DNA of 64,000 bases from an uncultured Acidimicrobiia bacterium (GTDB lineage Bacteria; Actinomycetota; Acidimicrobiia; Acidimicrobiales; AC-14), in contig CAWIIV010000011.1 in the NCBI GenBank assembly GCA_963836205.1, positions 64,001 through 128,000 on the forward strand, written 5' to 3'. Positions 48,360 through 58,764 of this stretch are shown here, piece after piece. Below the pieces are notes generated by a model. The model was not told the DNA's origin, did no database searches, and saw only the letters and a list, made by a program, of their open reading frames with translations. Each line of letters begins with the position of its first letter. The stretch's first letter is position 1. The position numbers and the translations under genes were made by a program.

Positions 48360-49448
48360 GTGTGGACACGGCGGTCGCGCGGCCCCCGAATGGGCTCGCT
48401 GGCGGTCGGCCTGTTCGTGCTCGTGGCCTGTGGCGGCCGGGACACGGCGACGACGGCCCCCGTCCGCACCACCCCGGCGCCGACCTCGACGGTCGCCCCC
48501 CGCTCCACCACCTCCCGTCCGGTCCCGACGACCCGAGCGCCCCGACCGACCACCAGCACCACCTCGACCACCGTCCGCCGCGCCCCGAGGACGACCACGA
48601 CGGCCGCGGCCGGCACAGCACGCGTCATCCCCCTCGGCCCGTACACCGACTGGCTGTGGCCGGAACCGGCTCCCGCATCGAGCTACACCGCCCAGACGCT
48701 CAACCTGACGGTGCTGTCGGACCCCGGGCCGGACACCCCGTACTTCTTCGCCTACCAGTTCGGCTTCGCCAACGGCGTCGGTGGTTACGTGGGTCTCCAG
48801 ACCCGAGCCCACGTCGCTCCCGGCCCCGACGCGCCCATGGGAAAGATCGCCCTCTTCTCCATGTTCGGCGGCTGCGACGACCGCACCGCCACGTCCGGCT
48901 GCCAGGCGCCGCTGCCGCTCATCGGCGCCAGCGCTCAGCCGGCCCTGCTCAACGGCTCGTCCTGCTCGCCCCTCACCAGCCCGTCCGGCAGCGCTCCCGA
49001 AGGCCCGGGCGCCACCTGCCGCGTCCCGTTCGAGTGGCGGGAGGGTGTCACGTACGGCCTCCAGGTCGTCCGATCGCTTCCCGACCAGTGGGAGGCCAGG
49101 ATCGTCGACGCCGGCTCGGGGCGGGTCACCGTGATCGGCCGGATCGGCGTCCCCGAGGGTTGGGGCGGCCTGTCGACGTTCGCGGTGAGCTGGATCGAGT
49201 ACTACGGCGACACCGGCGCGCTCGCCAACTGCCGGGCCATTCCTGTGGCGCGGGTGCGGTGGGACGGGGCCGCGGGCTCGGTGTCGACCCCCGGCGGCCT
49301 GCTCGGACTCGGTTCCACGACGTCGGCCGTGCAGCCGTCGTCGTTGCACAACCACCTCGCGGTCGGCACCGGCCTGTGCCGGAACTCTTCGATCGACGAC
49401 GTCGGCCCGACCGGGTCGGCGGTGGTCCACGTGGTCGGCGGACCGTAG
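48360..49448 (+). CDS. Putative lipoprotein with Thr-rich linker and beta-rich, Cys-containing domain
   Basis: LVAC lipobox; GGYVGLQT, WIEYYG. Confidence 0.65.
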   Translation: MWTRRSRGPRMGSLAVGLFVLVACGGRDTATTAPVRTTPAPTSTVAPRSTTSRPVPTTRAPRPTTSTTSTTVRRAPRTTTTAAAGTARVIPLGPYTDWLWPEPAPASSYTAQTLNLTVLSDPGPDTPYFFAYQFGFANGVGGYVGLQTRAHVAPGPDAPMGKIALFSMFGGCDDRTATSGCQAPLPLIGASAQPALLNGSSCSPLTSPSGSAPEGPGATCRVPFEWREGVTYGLQVVRSLPDQWEARIVDAGSGRVTVIGRIGVPEGWGGLSTFAVSWIEYYGDTGALANCRAIPVARVRWDGAAGSVSTPGGLLGLGSTTSAVQPSSLHNHLAVGTGLCRNSSIDDVGPTGSAVVHVVGGP

Positions 49449-49469
49449 CCGACGGTCTACGGTGTCGGC

Positions 49470-49559
49470 GTGCGCCTCGGGACCACGATCGTGCTGGCCG
49501 TCGTCCTCGTCGCGATCCTGCTGGCCGCCTTCATCCAGTTCGTCGTGATCGGGATCTAG
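49470..49559 (+). CDS. 29-aa single-TM small protein (not in the ORF track)
   Basis: TACGGT-N6-GTG; MRLGTTIVLAVVLVAILLAAFIQFVVIGI; third codon positions are G/C. Confidence 0.65.
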   Translation: MRLGTTIVLAVVLVAILLAAFIQFVVIGI

Positions 49560-49565
49560 GACGCC

Positions 49566-49943
49566 TCAGAAGAGGCTGGCGCACAGGCGGCTGATCTCGC
49601 GTTCCAGCGACGCCAGGCCCTCCACCTTGCCGATGCACAGGGAGATGCCGGCGTCGGCCGCCTCCCGTTCGAGCTTCTCGTCGATGTAGGCGGTGTAGAG
49701 GATCATCACCTGGTCGGGGCGGGCGGCCCGGATGCCGCGGGCGGTGGCGAGGCCGTCCATCCCCGGCATCTTGTAGTCGACGACCACCACGTCGGGATCG
49801 GCCTGCTCGACGTTCTCGATGGCCTGCGGTCCGTCCGCGGCGTTTCCCACCACCTCGAAGCCGTCGAGGCTGAGCATCGACGTGAGCATGCGGCGGACGT
49901 GGTCGGTGTCGTCAACGACCATCACCCGAATGGGCCGGGTCAC
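49566..49943 (-). CDS. Stand-alone response regulator receiver
   Basis: VMVVDD, DYKMPGMDG, YTAY. Confidence 0.88.
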   Translation of the reverse strand: MTRPIRVMVVDDTDHVRRMLTSMLSLDGFEVVGNAADGPQAIENVEQADPDVVVVDYKMPGMDGLATARGIRAARPDQVMILYTAYIDEKLEREAADAGISLCIGKVEGLASLEREISRLCASLF

Positions 49944-50008
49944 GACCGGAGAGCCTACCCCCCTGACCCGAGCGCCTTGTCGAGGTCTCGACCTGTCCGA
50001 CCGGATGA

Positions 50009-50026
50009 TTGTGAAGGGAAGCACGA
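50009..50026. promoter_or_regulatory. Rex operator upstream of the rex-hem operon
   Basis: TTGTGAAGGGAAGCACGA. Confidence 0.65.
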
Positions 50027-50116
50027 GACCGATCGAGGTCGGTAGACTGGGATCAGTGAGATTGCCGTCCTGCGAATCAAGCGGGAGGGCGACCCACGGC
50101 AGAGGGGGGTTCGACG

Positions 50117-50899
50117 GTGGCTGAGGCAATGGGACCGGGTACACCGCCGGGCTCGAACGGCCAGCGGGGCGACGACGGCGACGGTGCCGACGCCGCGGTC
50201 GCGGCGGGCCTGCCGTCCCGTATGCTCCGCAACAGCCGCCGCATCCCGGAGGCAACCGTCGCCCGCCTCCCGGTCTACCTCCGGTGCCTGCTCGAGGTGG
50301 TCGACGCCAAGACGCCCACCATCTCCTCCGAGCGGCTGGCGGAGATGGCCGGGGTCAACGCGGCCAAGGTGCGCAAGGACCTCTCCTACCTCGGCTCCTA
50401 CGGCACCCGGGGCGTCGGCTACGACGTCGAGTACCTCTTCCTCCACATCAACCGCGTCCTCGGCCTCACCCAGGACTGGCCGGTGGTCATCGTCGGCGTC
50501 GGCAACCTGGGCCACGCCCTGGCCAACTACGGGGGGTTCTCGGCCCGCGGCTTCCGCATCGTCGCCCTGCTCGATGCCGACCGCCGGCGGGTGGGGGAGA
50601 TGATCGGCGACGTCGCCGTCCGCCACGTCGACGACCTGTCCGACGTGGCCGCCGACCACGACATCGCCATCGGCATCATCGCCACGCCCGCGGCCGCGGC
50701 CCAGGACGTGGCCGACCGGCTGGTGGCAGTGGGCGTCAACTCCATCCTCAACTTCGCCCCGGCCGTGATCACGGTGCCGCCCGACGTGTCGTTGCGCAAG
50801 GTCGACCTGTCGATCGAGCTCCAGATCCTCGCCTTCTACCAGCAGCGCCGGGCGGGCGGGGGCAGCGGCCCGCCGCCATCGGTGGCCACCTTCGGATGA
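50117..50899 (+). CDS. rex: Redox-sensing repressor Rex
   Basis: IPEATVARLPVY, VRKDLSYLG..GTRGVGY, GVGNLG, ILNFAP. Confidence 0.96.
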   Translation: MAEAMGPGTPPGSNGQRGDDGDGADAAVAAGLPSRMLRNSRRIPEATVARLPVYLRCLLEVVDAKTPTISSERLAEMAGVNAAKVRKDLSYLGSYGTRGVGYDVEYLFLHINRVLGLTQDWPVVIVGVGNLGHALANYGGFSARGFRIVALLDADRRRVGEMIGDVAVRHVDDLSDVAADHDIAIGIIATPAAAAQDVADRLVAVGVNSILNFAPAVITVPPDVSLRKVDLSIELQILAFYQQRRAGGGSGPPPSVATFG

Positions 50900-51546
50900 C
50901 GCGAACCGGAACCGGTGCCGGCACGTACCAGTATCCGGTGAATCTGGTTCTGGAAGGTCGAAAAGTCCTGGTGGTGGGGGGTGGCGCCATCGCCCTGCGC
51001 AAGGTCGAAGGACTGCTGGCGTGCGGGGCCGTGGTCACCGTGGTCGCGCCCGAGGTCGACGAGCGCCTGCGGGCCCTTCCCGACGTCACCATCGAGGAGC
51101 GTCCCTACCGGGCGGGCGAGGTCGCCGGCTACCGGCTGGCCATCGCCGCCACCGACTCGTCCGCCGTCAACGCGGCCGTGTTCGAGGATGGGGAGAACGC
51201 AGGCGTGTGGGTGAACGGTGCCGACGACCCCGCCCACTGCTCGTTCACCCTCCCTGCCGTCGTGCGCCGGGGCCCGCTCATGGTCACCGTCTCCACCGGC
51301 GGCCGCAGCCCGGCGCTCGCCCGCTGGCTCCGGCAGCGGTTGGAGGACGAGATCGGCCCCGAGTTCGAGATCCTGCTCGACTTCCTGGCGTCCGAACGCG
51401 ACCGGCTGAAGGCCCAGGGGCGGTCCACCGAGGGGCCAGGTTGGCAGAACGCCCTCGACTCCGACATGCTCGCACTCATCAGAAACGGTGACCTCACCTC
51501 CGCGCGCGAACATCTTCAGGCATGTCTCTCGTCGTCGTCGGACTGA
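50896..51546 (+). CDS. Precorrin-2 dehydrogenase/sirohydrochlorin ferrochelatase (CysG N-terminal type)
   Basis: YPVNL...VLVVGGG.IA.RK, VN.ADDP, STGGRSP. Confidence 0.9.
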   Translation: MTRTGTGAGTYQYPVNLVLEGRKVLVVGGGAIALRKVEGLLACGAVVTVVAPEVDERLRALPDVTIEERPYRAGEVAGYRLAIAATDSSAVNAAVFEDGENAGVWVNGADDPAHCSFTLPAVVRRGPLMVTVSTGGRSPALARWLRQRLEDEIGPEFEILLDFLASERDRLKAQGRSTEGPGWQNALDSDMLALIRNGDLTSAREHLQACLSSSSD

Positions 51547-52799
51547 GCCACCGCACGGTTCCGCTCGAAATCCTCGAGCGGATGACCGTGTCGGCCGAAC
51601 ATCTGCCCAAGGCCCTGGGCGACTTGGTGAGCCGCGACTTCGTCAGCGAGGCCGTCATCCTGTCGACGTGCCACCGCACCGAGATCTACGTGGTGGCCGA
51701 GCGCTTCCACGGCGGCGTGCAGGACATCCGCCACTTCCTCACCGGCCTGGCGTTCCTTCCGCCGGAGGATTTCAGCGACCACCTGTTCACCTACCACGAC
51801 GAGTCGGCCGCGTCCCACCTGTTCAGCGTGACTGCGGGCCTGGAGTCGGTGGTGCTGGGCGAGAGCCAGATCCTGGGCCAGGTCCGCACCGCCTGGGAAC
51901 GGGCCCGCGACGAGGGCGCGGCCGGGTCCCGGCTGTCGGCCCTGTTCCGCCACGCTCTTGAGGTCGGCAAGCGGGTCCGCTCCGAGACCGCCATCGGCCG
52001 GGGGGTGACGTCGCTGTCGCAGGCGGCGGTGGCGCTGGCCACCGACCGGCTGGGGACGCTCGAGGGGCGCAAGCTGGTCCTCCTGGGCGCAGGCGAGATG
52101 GGCGAAGGCATGGCCGACGACCTGGCCGCCGTTGCCGACGCCTCCGCCGGCGACGGACCCGAGGTCGTCGTCGCCAGCCGCACCCGCCTGCGGGCGGTCA
52201 AGGTGGCGGAGAAGGTGGGGGCCCAGGTCGTCGACATCGACGAGCTGCCGTCGGCCCTGGCCACCGCCGACGTGCTGCTGAGCTCCACCGGTTCGGCCAC
52301 GGTCGTGCTGGGCGCGGCCGACCTGGCCCCGGTGATGGCCACCCGGCCCGACCGGCCGCTGCTCATCGTCGACATGGGCATGCCCCGCGACATCGACCCC
52401 GCCGTCCGTTCGCTGGCGGGCGTCACCCTGCTCGACCTCGCCGACCTGCAGACGTTCGTGGAGGCGGGCCTCGACGAGCGGCGCAAGGAGGTGGGCCGGG
52501 TCCGGGCCATCGTCGACGACGAGGTCGGCCGCTTCCAGGAAGCGGTCGCCGAGCGCCAGGCGGCACCGCTGGTGACCGCCCTGCGGGAGCGGGCCGACGA
52601 CCTCCGCCTGGCCGAGCTGGCCCGCTACAGGAACCGGCTCGAGGGACTCGACCCCCGCCAGCAGGAGGCGGTCGCCGCCCTCACCCGCAGCATCCTGGGC
52701 AAGCTCCTCCACGAGCCCACTGTCCGGCTCAAGGAGTCGGCCGGATCGGCCCGGGGCGAGCGCCTGGCGGAAGCCATCCAAGAGCTCTTCGACCTCTGA
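51522..52799 (+). CDS. hemA: Glutamyl-tRNA reductase
   Basis: GLSHRT, STCHRTE, GESQILGQV, GAGEMG. Confidence 0.95.
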   Translation: MSLVVVGLSHRTVPLEILERMTVSAEHLPKALGDLVSRDFVSEAVILSTCHRTEIYVVAERFHGGVQDIRHFLTGLAFLPPEDFSDHLFTYHDESAASHLFSVTAGLESVVLGESQILGQVRTAWERARDEGAAGSRLSALFRHALEVGKRVRSETAIGRGVTSLSQAAVALATDRLGTLEGRKLVLLGAGEMGEGMADDLAAVADASAGDGPEVVVASRTRLRAVKVAEKVGAQVVDIDELPSALATADVLLSSTGSATVVLGAADLAPVMATRPDRPLLIVDMGMPRDIDPAVRSLAGVTLLDLADLQTFVEAGLDERRKEVGRVRAIVDDEVGRFQEAVAERQAAPLVTALRERADDLRLAELARYRNRLEGLDPRQQEAVAALTRSILGKLLHEPTVRLKESAGSARGERLAEAIQELFDL

Positions 52800-53731
52800 T
52801 GGCGAGCCCGCCCGCCGGCCAGCGGCTGCGGGCGGCCACCCGGGCGAGCAACCTGGCCCGGGTCCAGACGGCGGCCGTCTCCGACATGCTGGCCGCGGCA
52901 TGGGGCCTCGACGTGGAGGCGGTCGTGGTCGACACCCACGGCGACCGCCGCACCGACGCCCCCATCTGGGCCATCGGCGGCCAGGGGGTGTTCGTCAAGG
53001 AGGTGCAGGCGGCGGTGCTCGACGGCCGGGCCGACATCGCCGTCCACTCGTCCAAGGACCTCCCCTCCAAGCCCACCGACGGGCTGGTGATCGGCGCCTT
53101 CCCGCCCCGGGCCGACCCCCGCGACGCTCTCGTCGGCGGCACCCTGGCCACCCTGCCGGCGGGGGCGCGCATCGGCACCGGCTCCATCCGCCGGCGGGCG
53201 CAGCTGGCCTGGCTGCGGCCCGACCTCACCTTCGCCGGCCTGCGGGGGAACATGGAGACCCGCCTGGCCAAGGCGTCCAACTTCGATGCCATCGTGGTCG
53301 CCGCCGCCGCCCTCCAGCGGCTGGGGCGCAGCGCCGAGCGGTCGGAGGTCCTCGACCCCGAGCTGGTCGTGCCCCAGGTGGGACAGGGGGCGATGGCCGT
53401 CGAGTGCCGGGAGGACGACGCCGCCACCCGGGAGCTGCTCGCCGCCATCGACCACCGGCCCACGCGCCTGGCGGTGGAGGCGGAACGGGCCTTCCTCCGC
53501 GAGATCGGCGGCTCGTGCGACCTGCCGGTCGGGGCGTACGCGACGGTGGCCGACGGGAGTGGCACCATCCGCCTGGAGGGGATGCTGGCCACGGGCGACG
53601 GTCGCATCGTCATCCGCCAGCGGGACGACGACACCGACCCGGTCGAGCTCGGGCGGCGGGTCGCCCGCTACCTCCTCGACGACGCCGGCGGCGCCGCTCT
53701 CCTCGACCTCGGCGTCACCAGCTCGCCGTGA
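52799..53731 (+). CDS. hemC: Hydroxymethylbilane synthase
   Basis: ATRAS.LA, GVFVKE, VHSSKDLP, GGSC. Confidence 0.95.
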   Translation: MASPPAGQRLRAATRASNLARVQTAAVSDMLAAAWGLDVEAVVVDTHGDRRTDAPIWAIGGQGVFVKEVQAAVLDGRADIAVHSSKDLPSKPTDGLVIGAFPPRADPRDALVGGTLATLPAGARIGTGSIRRRAQLAWLRPDLTFAGLRGNMETRLAKASNFDAIVVAAAALQRLGRSAERSEVLDPELVVPQVGQGAMAVECREDDAATRELLAAIDHRPTRLAVEAERAFLREIGGSCDLPVGAYATVADGSGTIRLEGMLATGDGRIVIRQRDDDTDPVELGRRVARYLLDDAGGAALLDLGVTSSP

Positions 53732-53798
53732 CCCCCCGGATGTACGCCGCGCCGTGACACGTCGGAGGGGGCGAAGGCGCCGATTCTCGCCCGCCGCG

Positions 53799-55261
53799 AT
53801 GACGGTCTACCTGGTCGGGGCGGGACCCGGGCGACCCGGGACTGATCACCGTCCGGGGGGCCCAGGTGCTGGCCGGGGCCGACGTCGTGGTCCACGACCG
53901 GCTGGCGGAGGCCTCGCTCCTCGACCAGGCCCCGGCCACCGCCGAGCGCATCGACGTGGGCAAGTCCCCCGGCGGCCCCGTCCGCCAGGACGAGATCAAC
54001 GCCCTCCTCGTGGCCCGGGGACGGGCCGGGCAGTCGGTCGTCCGCCTCAAGGGAGGAGACCCGTTCGTCTTCGGGCGGGGGGGCGAGGAGGCGGCCGCCC
54101 TGCTGGCCGCGGGGGTGCCCGTTCGAGGTGGTGCCCGGCATCTCGGCCGCGGTGGGCGTCCCCGCCTACGCCGGCATCCCCGTCACCCACCGGGGGCCTG
54201 TCCACCTCGTTCACCGTCGTCACCGGCCACAGCCGCCATGCGGTCGACGACGACATCGACTGGGACGCCCTGGCCCGGGTGGGCGACACCCTCGTGATCC
54301 TCATGGGCGTGGCCCACCGGGCGGAGATCGCCACCGGCTGATGGCGGGGGGCGCGCCGGCGGAAACGCCGGTGGCGGCCGTCCGGTGGGGCACCCGTCCC
54401 GACCAGCGCACCGTCCGCACCACCCTGGGCGAGCTGCACGCCTGCCCCCTGGAGCCACCGGTGACGATCGTGATCGGCCAGGTGGCGGCGTTGAACCTGC
54501 CCTGGTTCGAGTCCCGGCCCCTGTTCGGCCGGCGGGTGGTGGTGACCCGGGCCCGCCACCAGGCGTCGGGGCTGGTGGAGCGGCTGCGGGCGGTGGGGGC
54601 GGAGCCGGTGGAGGTGCCGACCATCGAGATCGCCGACCCCGACGACGGGGGCGACGGTCTGCGGGCGGCCGCCGCCCGGTTGCGGGAGTACGACTGGGCC
54701 TGCTTCACCTCGGCCAACGCGGTCGAACGGTTCTTCGCCTGTGTCGACGACGCCCGTGCCTTCGGCGACGTGCGGGTGGCGGCCGTCGGCCCGGGCACCG
54801 CCGCCGCCCTGGCCGCGGCCGGCATCGTCGCCGACCTGGTGCCCGAGCGGTCGCTGGCCGAGGGCCTGGTCGACGCCTTCCCCCGGGGCCCGGGTCGGGT
54901 GTTGTTGCCCCAGGCGGCGGCCGCCCGGCCGGTGTTGGCCGAGGGCCTGCGGGCCAAGGGGTGGACGGTCGACGTGGCCGTCGCCTACCGCACGGTGCCC
55001 TCCACCCCGGGCGCCGACCTCCTGGCCACCGCGGCCAAGGCCGACGCCATCGCGTTCACGTCGGCGTCCACCGTCACGTCCTACCTGGCCGCCGCCGGCC
55101 CCGCGGCCGTCCCCCCCGTCGTCGCCTGCATCGGCCCCGTCACCGCCGCCACCGCCGAGTCCGAGGGCGTCGCCGTCACCGTCACCGCCACCGACCACAC
55201 CCTCGACGGCCTGGTCGCCGCCCTCGTCGCAGCCCTCGCCCGACCGCCCCACGAGGTTTGA
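53799..55261 (+). CDS. cobA/hemD: Uroporphyrinogen-III methyltransferase/synthase fusion (about four indels: ~53830, 54120, 54195, 54335)
   Basis: [49 protein letters not shown] across frames. Confidence 0.88.
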
Positions 55262-55445
55262 ATCACCCGGGGAGGGGTGGAATCGCCCTCGACAGCACCG
55301 ATCACACCCCTACCGACGCATGAAACCGAGCCGCGCCCGCTGCGAGAACTTCCGCCGGCACGGAGTGGCTGCCAGCCGCCGCGGAAGCGCGGACCTGACC
55401 GGCGCCGATACGCCATCGCGGGCACCCGGCCTACGATCGCGGGCT

Positions 55446-56430
55446 ATGAGCTTTCCCGCCCGGCGGCTGCGGCGGCTGCGGCGCACGCCTGCCCTGCGCC
55501 GGTTGGTGGCCGAGACCCGGCTGACGGTCGACGACCTGGTGGCGCCCCTGTTCGTCCGGGCCGGTATCGCCGAGCCGGCACCCATCCCATCGATGCCGGG
55601 GGTCGTCCAGCACACCCGAGAGTCGTTGCGCAAGGAGGTCCGGGCTCTCGCCGACCTCGGCGTCCCGGGCGTCATCCTCTTCGGCGTCCCGTCCCCCGAC
55701 AGCAAGGACGCCGAGGGCTCCCAGGCCTGGGCCGCCGACGGCATCGCCCAGCTCGCCCTGCACGACATCCGCCACGAGGTCGGCGACGAGCTGGTGGTGA
55801 TGGCCGACCTCTGCCTCGACGAGTACACCGACCACGGCCACTGTGGCCTGCTCACGGCCGCCGGCGAGGTCGACAACGACGCCACCCTCGACCGTTACGC
55901 CCGGGTGGCGGTGGCCCAGGCCGACGCCGGCGCCGACGTGGTGGCCCCCTCGGGGATGATGGACGGCCAGGTCGCGGCCATCCGCCGGGCCCTCGACGCC
56001 GCCGGCCACACACCAGACCGCCATCCTCGCCTACGCGGCCAAGTACGCCTCCGCCTACTACGGCCCCTTCCGCGACGCGGTCGACGTCCGCATCGCCGGC
56101 GGTGGCGACCGCACCGGCTACCAGCAGGACTTCCGCAACGCCCGGGAGGCCCTGGCCGAGGTCGCCCTCGACATCGAGGAGGGCGCCGACATGGTGATGG
56201 TGAAGCCGGCCGTCCCCTACCTCGACGTGATCGCCGCCGTCCGCGCCCGGTTCGACGTCCCCGTCGCCGCCTACCACGTGTCCGGCGAGTACTCCATGGT
56301 CAAGGCCGCGGCCGAGCGGGGATGGGTCGACGGCACCGCGGTGGCGATCGAGCAGCTCACCGCGGTCAAGCGGGCGGGGGCCGACGTCATCATCACCTAC
56401 TTCGCGTCCGAGCTGGCCCAGGCCCTTTGA
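55446..56430 (+). CDS. hemB: Porphobilinogen synthase (indel near 56010)
   Basis: [37 protein letters not shown]. Confidence 0.93.
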
Positions 56431-57700
56431 CGACCAACGGAGCGTCCAATCAGTCCTGTTCAGGCGGGCGTGCGAGCGTCATCCCCGGCGGCGTCGACTC
56501 GCCCGTGCGGGCCTTCGGCAAGGTCGGCGGCACCCCCTACTTCGTGGCCCGGGCCGAGGGCGCCTACGTCTGGGACGTCGAGGGCCGCAAGTACACCGAC
56601 TTCGTCCAGTCGTGGGGGGCGTCGATCCTCGGCCACGCCCACCCAAGGTGGTCGAGGCCATCCAGAAGGCGGCGACGCAGGGCACGTCGTACGGCGCCCC
56701 CACCGAGCGGGAGGTCCTGCTGGCCGAGGCCATCCGCGAGCGGGTGCCGTCGTGCCGGCGCATCCGCCTCGTCTCCAGCGGCACCGAGGCCTGCATGTCG
56801 GCGGTGCGGGTGGCCCGGGGCTTCACCGGCCGCGACCGCATCGTGGTCTTCGACGGCTGCTACCACGGCCACGCCGACCACCTCCTGGCCGCGGGGGGGA
56901 GCGGACTGGCCACCCTCGGCCTGCCCGGCTCCGCCGGCGTGCCCAAGCAGGCCGTGGCCGACACGCTCGTCGTCCCCTACAACGTCGTACCCGAGATCGG
57001 CGCCGACGTGGCCGCGGTGATGGTCGAGCCCGTCGCCGCCAACATGGGCCTCGTCCCCCCCGCCGAAGGCTTCCTCCACGGCCTCCGCCAGGCGTGCGAT
57101 CGCGCCGGCGCCCTCCTGATCTTCGACGAGGTCATCACCGGCTTCCGCCTCGGCCCCGGTGGCGCCCAGGGCCGCTTCGGCGTCACCCCCGACCTCTCCA
57201 CCTTCGGCAAGATCATCGGCGGCGGATTGCCCCTGGCCGCCTTCGGGGGCCGGGCCGACGTGATGTCGGTCCTCGCCCCCGAGGGACCCGTCTACCAGGC
57301 GGGCACCCTGTCGGGGAACCCCCTTGCCACCGCCGCCGGCCTGGCCGTCCTCGACCTCCTCGACGACGCCGCCTACGTGCAGCTGGCGGGACGGGCGGCC
57401 GAGCTGGCGGCCAACCTCACCACCGTTATCACCGATGCCGGCCTCCCGGTGCAAATCCCTGTCGTCGGCCCCCTCATGGGCCTCTTCTTCGCCGACCGCC
57501 AGCCCCACGACTACGACTCCGCCAAACAGGCCGACGGCGCCCGCTACGCCCGCTTCTTCCACCACATGCTCGACCGGGGCGTGGCCCTGGCGCCCAGCCC
57601 GTTCGAGGCCCTCTTCCCCAGCCTGGCCCACACCAAGGAGGAGCTGGAGCGCACCGTCGACCTGGCCGCGGCTGCCGCCCGCGCGACCGCTGCCGGTTAG
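56427..57700 (+). CDS. hemL: Glutamate-1-semialdehyde aminomutase (indels near 56455-56470 and 56645)
   Basis: [37 protein letters not shown]. Confidence 0.93.
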
Positions 57701-58215
57701 TTCGCCAGCTCCTCGCCGGCCGAGCCCTCCTTCTCCTCCTCCGGCTCTCGCTCCTTGCGCCGCACCAGGAACGTGGCCACCGACAGGAGCAGGACGATGC
57801 CGCCGAGGACGCCGATGCCGGTCATGGCGTGGCGGAACCCTTCGCCTTCCTTACCGACGAAGTCGGCCGCCTCCAGGCTGAGGACGATGATCTCCTTGAT
57901 GGAGGCGATGATCCCCGCCACGAGGAACGGCTCCGCCACCAGCCGGTGCTCCACCATCGTGGCCCGCACCGCGGCCAGCAGCTCGAGCAGGATGAACACC
58001 AGGAGCAGCCCGTCGAGCGAGTGGGTGACGGCGGTGGCGACCCCGTCGTCGAGCTCCTGGACCAGGCCGTAGCCGATCTCGCCCAGCACGGCCACCGCGC
58101 CCGCCAGCAGCAGGAGAGCAGAGACCGTGTACAACACGTTCTCGGCGAAGGTGAGGGCCCGGTCGATCGGGCCCACCATCTGCTCCTCTTTCTCGTCGTT
58201 CTGGTCGCTGCTCAC
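57697..58215 (-). CDS. PsiE-family membrane protein
   Basis: LD.LLLVFI.LELL..VR...EPFL..GIIASIKEII. Confidence 0.75.
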   Translation of the reverse strand: MSSDQNDEKEEQMVGPIDRALTFAENVLYTVSALLLLAGAVAVLGEIGYGLVQELDDGVATAVTHSLDGLLLVFILLELLAAVRATMVEHRLVAEPFLVAGIIASIKEIIVLSLEAADFVGKEGEGFRHAMTGIGVLGGIVLLLSVATFLVRRKEREPEEEKEGSAGEELAN

Positions 58216-58226
58216 GCCCACCCCCC

Positions 58227-58571
58227 TCAGGCCCAGCCCAGCTCGTCGAGGCGGTCGTCGTCGATGCCGAAGTGGTGGGCGACCTCGTGGATCATCGTGT
58301 CGCGCACCGTCTCGACCACCTCGTCCTCCGTCTCGCACATCTCGCAGATCGGCCGCCGGTAGATGGTGATGCGGTCGGGGAGGACCATCCCGCCGTACGC
58401 GTCCCGCTCGGTGAGGGGCACGCCTTCGTAGAGCCCGAGCAGGTCTTCGCCCCGCGCCCGCTCCTCCACCAGCACCCACACATTGTCCATGTGCCGGCCC
58501 AGGGCTTCGGGGATGCTGTCGAGGGCGTCGGCCACCAGCTCCTCGAACCGGGCCCGGGCGACGTCGATCAC
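58227..58571 (-). CDS. Zincin-like minimal metallopeptidase
   Basis: LLGLYEGVPL, PDRITIYR, HEVAHHFG. Confidence 0.88.
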   Translation of the reverse strand: MIDVARARFEELVADALDSIPEALGRHMDNVWVLVEERARGEDLLGLYEGVPLTERDAYGGMVLPDRITIYRRPICEMCETEDEVVETVRDTMIHEVAHHFGIDDDRLDELGWA

Positions 58572-58756
58572 CCGCGCACCGCAAGCCCCCGCGCCACCGC
58601 AAGCCCCCGCGCCACCGCAAGCCCCCGCGCCACCGCAAGCCCCCGCGCCACCGCAAGCCCCCGCGCCACCGCAAGCACCCGCGCCACCGCAAGCACCCGC
58701 GCCACCGCAAGCACCCGCGCCACCGCAAGCACCCGCGCCACCGCAAGCACCCGCGC
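58571..58756. repeat. Intergenic 18-bp tandem repeat x10
   Basis: CCGCAAGC(C/A)CCCGCGCCA; five C-type then five A-type units. Confidence 0.95.
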
Positions 58757-58764
58757 GCGACCGC

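Noticed and set aside
55262-55445. Riboswitch between hemD and hemB
   Set aside because: No recognisable aptamer consensus; hemB has its own TACGAT -10 immediately upstream
53799-57700. Pseudogenisation or programmed frameshifting of cobA/hemD, hemB and hemL
   Set aside because: Multiple small indels, mostly in G/C runs, in otherwise conserved genes needed by a heme-rich respiratory chain; typical long-read errors, as at ~31452, 33219 and ~37100
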